A DNA stretch of 64,000 bases from Girardia tigrina (Eukaryota). The notes below the pieces were generated by a model. That model did no database searches. It was given only the letters and a program-made list of their open reading frames with translations, and had not been told where the DNA came from. The translations under genes and the position numbers were made by a program. This document shows, piece after piece, positions 26,801-36,307 of this stretch (position 1 is its first letter; each line of letters starts with the position of its first letter). Where the stretch lies: positions 8,834-72,833 of the forward strand of contig MQRK01218605.1 of NCBI GenBank assembly GCA_001938485.1, in the 5' to 3' direction.

Positions 26801-29800
26801 ATTCACATCAATACATTCACACATTCAAACAATTTAAAATATTCCTCATATTATTAAAAGCCACTTTTAAAACACTGTTTAAAAATAATAATTTTTGAAA
26901 TTGTTCAAGTGTCATCTTTTTCATTGAATAAATTAAATAATGTTTGGCTTTTTATTAACAACTTAGAATCATAATTTCTGGAAAATATGCGACTTTCAAA
27001 ACATTTTTACAATCAGAATGTATAGTCGTGAATGTGACTTTATTACCTTCCCGATTAATTTTTCAATTTTTTACAGTTTTTTATAAGACAAGGCAAATTG
27101 TATTTTACTTTTTATTTTGTTAATTCACGATAAATATAAATACATTTGCAAATAAATTTACGGATCAAGTAAATAAAATGATCCTGGGATAATTTTATTT
27201 ACTAGTGCAATTTGGAGGATTAATTTATTTACTTGTGTAATTTCCGATTTTTAATTATTTTTAATTTTTATATTTGCAGTATTTTTATATTTATATTATT
27301 AAAAATGAGTTCCGATTATGAATTAATTGTGAACCCATTGACCAGTGGTTCAAATATCGATCTCATTATTTTTTTTCAAAACCAAAGTGTTTTAAAATCA
27401 CCAATGGTTTGAGCAACATGTTTAACTAAAACTGTCTCTGTCAACAGATTCAATGTTTCAGATAAATACACATGGAGATGTCTAAACGAACACTGTGTTA
27501 AATAAAAATTTTATATACCTTTAAGAAACTGTAGTTTTTTTAGAAATTTATAAAATTTCGTTAACAAATTGGTTGGAAATTATTTATCAATGGTCAAAAG
27601 AAGAATAAATCTAAAATGTTATGAAAGACCTATCAATATCTAAGCCAACAATTGTTAATATTTTTAAAATTTTCCGGCAATTTTGTACCAAATATCTTAC
27701 TGAAAACCCTATTATGTTAGGTGGTAATGGAGTGATATGTCAAATATACGAGTCTTTATTTTGTCACAAGCCAAAATATCACAGAGGTAGACCAAGTGAA
27801 AATCAAATATGTGTATTTGGAATCGTTGACACTAGTTTTGTTCCTACTCGTGGATTTATAAAAATAGTTAACGATAGATCCGCTTCAACTTAATTTCCAA
27901 TTTTTAAAGAGGTTTGTCAACCAGGAACAATTATAAGAAGCGACCAATGGCGAGCATATCGCGATGTCAAGAAGGATTTTCAACATGAGACAGTAAATCA
28001 TTCCGTAAGCTTTGAGGAGCCTAAAACAGGTGTTCATACTCAAAATATTGAGTCATATTGAACCAAGATGAAAGCTAGAAGAAAATTCATGAAAGGAATA
28101 AGAAAGGATCAATTAGAAAGTTATCTTAATGAATTCATGTGGGTGAATATTTTTTTCTGGGTGAACATTTAAAAAAAAACTTTTGATTTATTAAAATATA
28201 GCTAATAATTTTTTCATTCTACTTAATTTTACTCAGTATTTATTTTTCGTATTTTTTGAGTTTATTTGAAGGATTAATTTATTGACTTGTGTAAATTGGA
28301 GGATAATTTTATTTACTTGTTCAACTTTTGGATCATTTTATTTACTTGACCCAAATTTACAAAAGTCCCCGTTTACCCACAACTGATCATTTACTTTATA
28401 TCACGCCAATTTTAAAAATCTTGAAAATATTTTTTTTCAAACTAGCTAAAATAATCATGGTGTGGAAATAGTATGTGAGGGATCACTTTCAATAAATTCC
28501 ATAGATATTCCTCTAATTTTTCAAAAAAAATTTAGCTAGAAAAAAGAAATTAATTTTCATTTAAATTAATAAAGTTTAATTAATCTTGAATATGCTATTT
28601 CCAGTATACGGAAAAAAGGTACCGGAAAAAAGGGTACATGGAAAAAAAGGGTACCGGGAAAAATCCCACATTATTTAATTATAATTTTTAAGTTAACTTT
28701 TATGGATCTAGAAATTTCTTATTGTAATTTTCTCGGATCATTCACGAGATCATATTGCAACTCGTGAATGATTTTTCCATCATGTCTATTAAGAACATTT
28801 AGACAAGTCGCGTTTGAACTTTTATTACAATCACATTTAAAGTCATTATGACTCTCAGAAAGTCTTTATCGTTTGTCATCATTCTAATTGGTTTTCTTTT
28901 TTTGATTTTTTAATCATGATTATTCGAACAATTTTTCTAAGTCATTTTTTTAAATATATTAATTAATGTTAATTAAAAATAATAAATTTTACCATTTCTC
29001 AATAAATCCAAAAATAATAAAAATGTCATCAAATTATTAAAAATACATTTAATTTAAATTTTACCAAAAAATATTAAACTTAATTTTAATTCTTAAATTA
29101 AAAATATGAACTTATAAAATGATTATTTTAATTATGTTCGAATAGTCAATTACTTTAAATTTAAATAAAAAATACCAATTTCCATCTGGGTGGGAGAATC
29201 ACCATTCTAAATTCAACATACTTAAATCAACATACAGCATCACTACATTTACACATTCAAACAATTTAAAATATTCCTCACAATGTCTAAAGTATATGGA
29301 TGAAGATTCAGGAGCTAGAAATCACAAGCTCTTATCACCATGATGATAACTTCAGAGTTTTTTTTGTGTTATGATGGATGGATTGACCTTCTTGTCACTT
29401 GACTATGTTAAAGAAGGAATGAAGATTTTACGTTCCATCACTCCACCAAATGGACAAGAATTAATAGCATGTAGCAAATGTTACAGGTACATATCCCCGT
29501 GTTAATGATACAGAAACTGCAGCGAAACTTCGTTACATACCTCCACCATTTCCTCCTCCCATTTGGAATGTTCATCAGGTGACCTCTGAAGAAGCTCGAA
29601 CCAACAATCAGAGCGAAGGTTGGAATATTAAGCTATCAGCCCTTTTTTCCTACAATCATTTATTATTTATTCAAATTTAAATAATACTAAAATATTGAAT
29701 GAAATCCAAACTGTTGTAATCTGAGAGCTTATAACTATAATGGATTGAATTTTAAGTGAATTAAAGTTATCAAAACCACAATAGTGAAACTATTTATTTA

Positions 29801-32800
29801 GTTAAATCTTTTATCCCCAAGACCAGTGGGATACGACACCCATTTCACGTATATTTTTTATCCTACAATGGCCTAAAGTTAATTTAAAATTATAATCAAT
29901 TAATGTAGGATTTTTTTCGTTACTTTTTCTATGTACCCTTTTTTGTGGTACCTTTTTTTCCATGTACCCTTTTTTCCTACAATCTATATTTCTATTATCT
30001 TTTTTTGTTCATTATTTAAATAGTCATTACAAAATGCAAGACTTTGTAGACAATATGATATAATTGTATTAATAATCGTTAGAAGTCTCGTGGTTTTTCC
30101 GACATTTCATTCAATTTCTTTATAGTTAGTAATATTTATCATAGATGTAACAGCATAATGTAACGTAGCTTTGTAATGTTGATGATTTATTGTATTGTTC
30201 GAAAGAATGACAATTACAATTAGTATATGAAAGAACTATCATAGAAACATCTATAAGTCAGATTTTAAAAGGTACTGTTTTAAATAAATAATGTTTTATC
30301 AAGCAATAAAATGTTTAACGATTAATGATTAGGAATAATTATTAGTGATTTTGAGTTTTTTTAATACTGTAGAGATTTTTTCGTGTTTTGTCTAAATGTG
30401 AAAAGGTTGATAAAAGTGTGTTGTAAAAAGAGAAGTTATCGATTTCAAAACATATTTAGATATATATTTCAACCAACATTCCCTCTATTTTTTCACGTGC
30501 GCGGATGACTTAAAAGCGTTAGCAGCATCGTGTAATCACTGCGGGAAATATATATTCAGAAACTTACTAGAGCACAGTTATTTAACATCATTCAACCAAA
30601 TACGTTATTAAAGCAATAATTATTACCGTTGTTGTAGTTTTATCGGAAATAAAGGTGGTTTATCACAATTAAAAGATATTATAGCATGTCATTGGTACGA
30701 TAACTCCTTTTATAACTATATAAATGTATGCTTTTGAATAAAAAATGTCTTCTGAAAAATGTTTATTCAGCTTATAAAGAAATGACTTGTGTTCGCATGA
30801 GAAACTCCAGAGGTATATAACAAAAATAAGCTACTTTATATAAAAGTCTCATAATAATTAAGTTTTATTACACATGAAAATCACATTAACTATGTTGTAT
30901 CATACAGCATAGTTGTTGTTGTACTATACACTGTTATACAATTGTCGTTAATTGTATCACATCTGGCCCAAATCTCTATCCGAAATCAATATTGTTTTGT
31001 CGTTGTTGATTTCAAACGTTAAATTTAATTTTGTTAAGAAAAATATTTAGCTGTCTGTGTTTTCTGAAGCAATCAATAAACAGTCAATAAATTAATCTCA
31101 TAAATTAATTTATTTTAAATCCCATAAATAATGAAACAGAGATTAATTTGTTAAAATCCATATATAGAATTTGACTAATTGGAATGAAATGTGTGTCACC
31201 ATTTTGTCAAAGATGTCACGTTAAAGCTTAATGCGCAACGTTCAAAAATTACTGCGCGACAACTTTAAAAAAACTGCGCGGCCACGCAGCCGCGTAGCTT
31301 AGAGGAAACATGGATTTCAACTATTCAACCATTATCGTCATGGACAAAATTGACACGGAATCATGTTATAAAAAATATAAGTTTCAAAATTGTCATATGA
31401 CTGTTCTGTTTTAATTTATGAGAAAATGTGAACTAAAATTTTCATATTGCTTTTAAAACAGACCAACAACCGAATACTGTTTTCATAAAAAAACTTATTT
31501 TTAATTGCTATATCCTATTAAATAAAAATATCAGACCTTGTAATACATTTTAATGTATTTTTTATATACAAGGTGTAAAATTAAAAATCTTGAGAGATGA
31601 TATCTATTCTTCTTAGATGTTATTTTTTTAATTTACATGGATTCAATTCGAAGTCACTGAATTTTGATAGCCAGGAAGATGCATCGAAAGTAGAAACTGT
31701 CATAAAAATGGTAATGGAAAGGGTTAAAACCTCATTGAATATCATTGTAGTTATCAACTTGTTAAATTAAATTTTGCATTCTTACAAAAAAAGTAAAATA
31801 TTATCTTATGTTAAAAAAATTTGCAAATATAAATTTTAAAAATTCCTTTGTTGTTAGACATACTCGTATTTTGATTAAATTCGTATTTCCTTCGATTAAA
31901 ATATAGTTGTATTAAATAATGTTCAAATACTGATTTAAACAATAGTTTTTATCGATTTTGCAACATATTTTAAGTGCACCAATTCTAATTAGATTATGGC
32001 TCAAGTAAAAATTATAAACCATTTGATATTTCTAATACAAATAAATACAATTGTAAATTAAATATTAGGTAAATTATTTGACGTGCTAATTTACTTAAAT
32101 GTTGATTATTAAAAATCTAAAGGTGAGTGTCGAAATAAAATTCTTCAATTAGGATATATATTTAAATTTTTTAACATTTTTTCTATTACGGTTTTAAAAA
32201 ATGTTACATACAACGATTTCTTAAAAGTTTAAACCCGAATAAAGACATATAAAAAAGTTGTCGATTTCAAAACATATTTAGATAAATATTTCAAACATTC
32301 AACCATTATCGTCATGGACAAAAAATTTTATGTCTCTGAATCTTTTCCAGAGTTTTAATAGCGGAATCGGTAATAACTATTTTTTCAGCCGTTACGATGT
32401 TACTGCAGCAGATTGTTTTTTTATTTGGTCATGTATCAGTTCGAAAGCCTGTTCAAAATTATCTCTACTGACATGATCTTCTGCAAGAATTGGTGGTAGA
32501 AAGAATAATGGCTTAGTCAAGTCAGATGCGGCCGGTGTAAGATGAATGAGATTATCGCTATCATGACTTGAATAATCATCTTTCTGTTTAACTAAAGGTA
32601 TTTCGGCGGTCTCAGAAGATCCATATAATATTACATCATTAGATAATATAGTGTTATTTTCATTATTTTCAGAGTTATCATTTTTTCTCGTTAGAATTTT
32701 CTATATTTTTAGCATTGTTTTATATAGTTATGCGCAGCTCGTTAGAGACCGCACGACCTACCCCAGTTATTTCGGGTTTCCGAGAGGAAAATTATTTTTC

Positions 32801-35718
32801 TTCATTTTTTAAAAGAGAATTAATTTCAGTTGATTCAAACAACTGGTTAAATTTTTTCACAATTTTTTTGTTATTTTCTTCATTATTTTTTACTAAATTT
32901 TTATTGTTATCTGTATTTAACTTATCCCCTTTATTTTCATCTTTATTGATTACTTTTCCTTGATTGTTTTTTTTGTTATTTTTTTTGTTATTTTCTTCAT
33001 TATTTTTTACTAAATTTTTTAATTTAACTTATCCCCTTTATTTTCATCTTTATTGATTACTTTTCCTTGATTGTTTTGAACGTAATTAGAATTAGAAAAA
33101 TTAATTTTTCTTTTTTGCTTCTTTTTTACGTTCTCCCAACCATCATCTTCTTCAATTGAGTTATTTATTATAAAATCATTTAAAAGTAATTCAAAAATTT
33201 TGTTTTTCAATATAGAAAATAAAGAATTATAATTATTTTCATCAAGTTCAATTAATTCATTTTTATTAAATTCTATATTATATTCAGTTTTAAAGAATTT
33301 ACTTGATATAAAATTTATAAATATTTCGAAAATAAAATCTCCAAAAATCTTTTTAAAATTTCTTCTATTTTTTCTACTAAATTTTTTTTATTCAATTCAA
33401 TTATTAATCCATCAGTTAATTTTTCATTTATAAGATATTTATTTGTAAAAAAATTATTTACAAAATTGATATCAGCATTATTGTTTTCGATGAATTTATT
33501 AAAGACATTTTTATTAATAAATACGATAAATAATTGATGAAACTTATTGTCAATTAATTCAGATAGAATATTATTTTTATCTATAGAAAAATTTTCATTA
33601 AAGTTATGATAAGTTTCATCCAAATCATTGTTATTATTATTGGTTAATTTATTTATTGATTTTTTAACCAAATTATCGATACTTCTCTCAATCGATTTGA
33701 TAACTCTTCCCTCATCAATCGCCGGCGGATGGGTGTCATTGAACTCGTCTCGTGGCGCTGATTCTGGATTAATTATTTTCTCTCAAATGCTTCATTTTTC
33801 TTCATTTCAATTTTATTTAATTTTTCGATAATTGATTTCACACTTTTCTCGATCAATTCAGCCACTTTTTCTGCATTAATCGGCGGCGGAGGAGTATCAT
33901 TGGATGCGCCTCGTCGAGCTGATTCCGAATCAGTTACTCTCTTCGATAAACTCCCAGAATTGGATTTTTTTCATTCATTTAGTCGGCAATGATCAATTGG
34001 ATAGTTATATTTAATACTTTTTCAATTATTAAATTTAGTGTCATTAAATTTTGCTCGTCTAGGATAGACGACGATATGTTTAACACTTTTTAACATTTCA
34101 TTAGTGAAAGGCGAGAGAGAAGTGAGAAAAAGGCCTTCAAAAATAGTTTCTTTATTTTTGTTCATTTTTTTAAGAGGTGTTTTCCATAGTTTTAATTGCG
34201 GAATCGGTTATTGCTATTTTTTCAGCCGTTACGATGCTGGAAACTGCAGCAGATAGTTCTTTTATTTGGTAATGTATCAGTTCGAAAGCGTGTTCAAAAT
34301 TATCTATACTGACATGATCTAATTCTATGGTTATATATATAGAAAGTAATCTAATAACAAGAATGGAAAAAGAAGGATTTTTATGTTTTTGCTGGCTGCT
34401 CTTGAGATCATATCCAAAATATTCCAGTCTTGCAACACACACATCTATATCGAAAGAAACACCTTTCAAGGCAATACTTTGTTCAAAATTTCCAAAATCA
34501 AAAAGAAATTTAAACTGACATACCTTGTATGAAAATATTTGCTATAAACCTTGCATTTTGCGACACAAATCGGAACGTTATTAAAGAGAATTTATTCATC
34601 TGATGAATTTAAAACATCAATCCATTGATATTCACCATAGTGTTATTAAAATGTGCCTTACACAAAATCATCCTTAATCATTATTTTCATTTTTTATTTT
34701 TAGATTTTTTCACCATTATTCAAAAAAATTATAAAAGATTTAAGACAAATTTAATAACAGAATTAAATGTATAAGAAAAACCTAATAAATTAAAATTAAT
34801 CCTTCGTAACTCAATATTTAAAAAAAATACCACACAATGTAATTGAGAGAGAACTGTCAAATTCATCATCCTACCACCAACGCCACCTGTAGGTACTAAT
34901 AAATCACCGATGTTGTCTAGATTGGTGTGTGACAGATATGCAACAGTGATTTAAAATGTGATATGCTAATAGTTAGAGATCTTGTAAGAGTTACAACGGT
35001 TTGTTACAGAAGTGTCACACCATGTTACAAAGGGTTAAAAATTTGATTTTATGAAAATGAACAGTTGTTTTGTAACTCTAACTGCAAAAAAATCGAAGCA
35101 GGACCTTTGAACACTGGAATGTTTATTCATACATTTTATTCATCATATATATACAAAATATTTTCTAAATGTATAATAAAAAGGAAAACAACTAATCAGA
35201 GACTAATGTTCAGATACCTATTTTACATTATACTAACTTTTTTACATTTTAAAAGTGCATTTTTGTTAATTTTTGTGATTGAATTGAAACCAAACATCAA
35301 ATCACAATCTTTACCTGGATGTGGTCGTCGAAATGGTCCATCCGGTGTGTGAATCACACCAAATAATATGAAAGCTAATATAACAGCCGAAAGACCTCTA
35401 AAATCGGTTTGGTAAAATATGTGTAAAAAAAAGATACCTGTTAAAATTTTCATCAGCAGTATAAGACTTATTACCAAAAACTGTCTCGCATAAAAGAAGG
35501 AAAGAAAATATAATCAAAACGGTTATAGTGTGAGCATTCCTGATGAGATTTCTTATTAACTTAAAATGTTTTAACTAAAAATACCAAAAAAATGACAAAG
35601 AGCCATCATCAAAAAAACTTTTGGATCTATTTTTCTCTTCTTCCCAATCATAAGCTGTTTTGATTTTGCCATTTGAAAGCTTATTTTTATTTGTTTGTGA
35701 TTCCAAAGTTTCAGACAT
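5076..35718 (-). CDS. PTDSS2: Phosphatidylserine synthase 2 (PTDSS2-like), spliced, 3'-incomplete in this window
   Basis: Exons 35718-35585, 35539-35438, 35397-35315, 25000-24933, 18392-18258, 12469-12305, 7511-7393, 5385-5271 and 5221-5076 all have GT-AG boundaries and consistent phases (1067 nt, ~355 aa). The translation carries PSS2-type motifs [59 protein letters not shown] and [15 protein letters not shown]. The C-terminal exon(s) were not found. Confidence 0.95.
5271..5385 (-). CDS. PTDSS2: PTDSS2 coding exon 8 ([12 protein letters not shown]...LMAM)
   Basis: 115 nt; GKxKR..QFTP..W..F.W.PA motif. Confidence 0.94.
5680..5766. repeat. TGTGGG(C/T)TTTTT tandem array, probable MULE-type terminal repeat
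   Basis: About five tandem units of ~15-16 nt ending in GAAACC. Confidence 0.5.
5930..6222. mobile_element. Non-autonomous DNA element with many CGGGT(C/T) subterminal repeats (hAT-like MITE)
   Basis: AGAGATGG...CCATTTCT imperfect inverted ends; repeated CGGGTCGGGT. Confidence 0.55.
6235..7130 (-). mobile_element. Gypsy pol fragments (RT N-terminus; RT-RNase H junction)
   Basis: [23 protein letters not shown] and [12 protein letters not shown]; similar to the copy at 42480-43600. Confidence 0.8.
7393..7511 (-). CDS. PTDSS2: PTDSS2 coding exon 7 (WIMDFLVCN...WKIPGYK)
   Basis: 119 nt, CAG acceptor and GTTAG donor; WIMDxLVCN motif. Confidence 0.95.
8544..9085 (+). mobile_element. Mariner 5' fragment (TIR plus N-terminal HTH), interrupted
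   Basis: [21 protein letters not shown]...AICKVEG at 8948-9070; TIR-like TAGGTGGTGCACCCAATAAGTC. Confidence 0.7.
9085..9233 (-). repeat. TGTGAG-terminal repeat family, copy A
   Basis: Nearly colinear with 46320-46464; homology ends at ...CTCACA. Confidence 0.8.
9545..9720 (+). mobile_element. Gypsy aspartic protease fragment
   Basis: [12 protein letters not shown] motif. Confidence 0.6.
11040..11450 (+). mobile_element. Gypsy RT-RNase H fragment
   Basis: [10 protein letters not shown] and [16 protein letters not shown]...[15 protein letters not shown]. Confidence 0.85.
11556..11880 (+). mobile_element. Gypsy gag N-terminal fragment (frameshifted)
   Basis: [23 protein letters not shown]...LRQAF...[11 protein letters not shown] resembles retrotransposon gag. 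Confidence 0.55.
12305..12469 (-). CDS. PTDSS2: PTDSS2 coding exon 6 (DKMDGF...ECWWDH)
   Basis: 165 nt; highly conserved catalytic region [22 protein letters not shown]. Confidence 0.96.
13289..13830 (-). mobile_element. Tc1/mariner superfamily (DD37D/rosa-like) 3' fragment with TIR
   Basis: [13 protein letters not shown] and [19 protein letters not shown]; TIR TA-TAGGGTGTTC at ~13289. Confidence 0.85.
14043..14560 (+). pseudogene. Intronless RING-IBR (RBR E3-ligase-like) pseudogene nested antisense in PTDSS2 intron 5
   Basis: MSKCEFC...ICQNVF*HVCLYNY...IKCPNEMC (RING1 with a Cys-to-TGA change), then [11 protein letters not shown]...NYCEQLNCL (IBR, frameshifted). Confidence 0.65.
14860..15120 (-). 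mobile_element. Tc1/mariner (DD37D/rosa-like) transposase fragment
   Basis: [30 protein letters not shown]...IMVWC. Confidence 0.75.
15536..16790 (+). mobile_element. hAT Charlie/Buster-like transposon, internally deleted
   Basis: TIR CAGTGGTTCCCAAACT; BED finger (CLIC...[12 protein letters not shown]); [15 protein letters not shown] and CTDG; C-terminal [13 protein letters not shown] joined directly after CTDGCPSMR. Confidence 0.9.
16800..17420 (-). mobile_element. Gypsy integrase fragment
   Basis: QFTSE...[14 protein letters not shown] integrase core. Confidence 0.7.
17440..17842 (+). mobile_element. Tc1/mariner 3' fragment
   Basis: MHDNAKLH...[16 protein letters not shown] is a decayed HDNA/PYSPDL..D. 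Confidence 0.65.
18258..18392 (-). CDS. PTDSS2: PTDSS2 coding exon 5 ([10 protein letters not shown]...DPFHNVW)
   Basis: 135 nt, CAG acceptor and GTAAG donor; [10 protein letters not shown] motif. Confidence 0.95.
18678..21970 (-). mobile_element. hAT (SPIN/GTF2IRD2-like) transposon interrupted by a ~1.6-kb insertion (19625-21276)
   Basis: IKRHYETKH and [10 protein letters not shown] in 21970-21277; [15 protein letters not shown]...[18 protein letters not shown] in 19625-18880; TIR-like GGTGGCCAAC...GCGGGCCA. Confidence 0.82.
19900..21276 (-). repeat. TGTGAG-terminal repeat family, copy B (long AT-rich, candidate LTR)
   Basis: Starts TGTGAGGAATATTTT at 21276, exactly where the hAT coding sequence breaks; the internal segment 20040-20190 resembles 49300-49410 and (inverted) 11455-11555. 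Confidence 0.7.
22290..22650 (-). mobile_element. RLE-type non-LTR retrotransposon fragment (R2/NeSL-like zinc knuckle)
   Basis: [12 protein letters not shown]...[17 protein letters not shown]...WNAR is a decayed Cx2-3C-ETLxHVL-C...RH motif. Confidence 0.65.
22950..23400 (-). mobile_element. Tc1 5' fragment
   Basis: [12 protein letters not shown]...PKTTIRDTI...PRSDRPP. Confidence 0.7.
24933..25000 (-). CDS. PTDSS2: PTDSS2 coding exon 4 ([23 protein letters not shown])
   Basis: 68-nt exon not in the ORF track; AG acceptor and GTATG donor; completes the PHPAFWR motif in frame. Confidence 0.92.
25550..26123 (-). mobile_element. Mariner 5' fragment with TIR
   Basis: [17 protein letters not shown]...LSVGWV; TA-CGATGGACTTATCCAAAGTT terminus at 26123. 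Confidence 0.78.
26262..26343. mobile_element. 82-bp piggyBac-like MITE
   Basis: TTAA on both sides; TIR CCTTCATCCGTCCCTC / GAGGGACCGATGAAGA. Confidence 0.75.
26345..26850 (-). repeat. TGTGAG-terminal repeat family, copy C
   Basis: About 500 bp colinear with 28790-29282; terminus reads TATGAGGAATATTTTAAATTG. Confidence 0.8.
27130..28407 (+). mobile_element. Merlin (IS1016/ISXO2-like) transposon, degenerate
   Basis: [36 protein letters not shown] and VNHS...[11 protein letters not shown]; subterminal tandem and inverted GGATxATTTTATTTACT repeats on both sides. Confidence 0.88.
28604..29984 (+). mobile_element. MULE/Mutator-like element with tandem-repeat TIRs, internally deleted
   Basis: GGAAAAAAGGTAC arrays at 28604-28670 are inverted at 29905-29984; [10 protein letters not shown]...[14 protein letters not shown] motif. 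Confidence 0.8.
28790..29282 (-). repeat. TGTGAG-terminal repeat family, copy D (inserted in the MULE)
   Basis: Starts TGTGAGGAATATTTTAAATTG at 29282; colinear with copy C. Confidence 0.8.
30474..31313. mobile_element. Non-autonomous hAT element with 8-bp TSD
   Basis: TSD ATTTCAAC at 30466-30473 and 31314-31321; imperfect TIR CAACATTCCCTCTA / TAGAGGAAACATGG; empty paralogous site at ~32255-32322. Confidence 0.8.
32350..34320 (-). mobile_element. Decayed N/K-rich ORF, possibly retroelement ORF1, with a 130-bp direct repeat (32350-32480 / 34188-34320)
   Basis: Fragmented frames with [10 protein letters not shown] and [11 protein letters not shown] motifs and internal duplications; no splice structure. 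Confidence 0.4.
35315..35397 (-). CDS. PTDSS2: PTDSS2 coding exon 3 (GLSAVILAF...DGPFRRPHP)
   Basis: Follows a 40-bp intron; conserved DGPFxRPHP motif; GTAAAG donor. Confidence 0.93.
35438..35539 (-). CDS. PTDSS2: PTDSS2 coding exon 2 ([10 protein letters not shown]...ADENFNR)
   Basis: AG/GT bounded, phase 2/2; matches the PSS2 'AHTLTVL' transmembrane segment. Confidence 0.9.
35585..35718 (-). CDS. PTDSS2: PTDSS2 coding exon 1 (MSETLES...[11 protein letters not shown])
   Basis: ATG at 35718 with an AG acceptor 6 nt upstream; GT donor at 35584; 45-bp intron follows. Confidence 0.88.
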
Positions 35719-35888
35719 GATTTTCTGAAAAATAAAATCAAAATTACAAACTCTAAAAATTTTCTTAAAAAAGATAATTGACCGTATAAAAATTTAATTA
35801 AAATTTTATTACGATCTTACTAAAAAATATCAATAATTTTTAATTTTTAGATAATATTGTATCATAAATTCAAACTATAAAATAAGCG

Positions 35889-35955
35889 CACGTGATATGT
35901 AATTTTGAAATTTGTTGTTTAATCTTGTTTACGTGGTTATTAGGAAATAGACGTG
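35889..35955. promoter_or_regulatory. Candidate PTDSS2 proximal promoter with three ACGTG cores, including an ATCACGTG E-box
   Basis: CACGTG 35889-35894, TACGTG 35930-35935 and GACGTG 35950-35955, 170-240 bp upstream of the ATG in CpG-poor DNA. Confidence 0.3.
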
Positions 35956-36307
35956 TTAAATAAATATCTATCAAAATAGAACAATTTTCATAAATTTTCA
36001 TTTTAAATTAATTAACATTTTTCTAATAAATATTTTTTTAAAAACTTAAATTATATTTTGTTAAATACATACAGAATTTTATAATTTATAAAATAAAGTA
36101 TTTTATTTTAATTAAGTTTTTTTGTCCCCAAAAATTTATAATATTCTACAAGAAAAAAATTTATTACACAATCTGTAAAACAGTTTCCTTAGAAAAATCA
36201 ATGTATTAAATAGATCATTGATAATAATCAGAGAGTTACTAGTATAAGAAATATTTAAATGAAATATAATCATCATTTTCATATTTTTTTCGTAATGAAA
36301 TTAAATA

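Noticed and set aside
27305-28200. Bacterial IS contamination
   Set aside because: AT content, decay and intronic nesting fit an endogenous eukaryotic Merlin.
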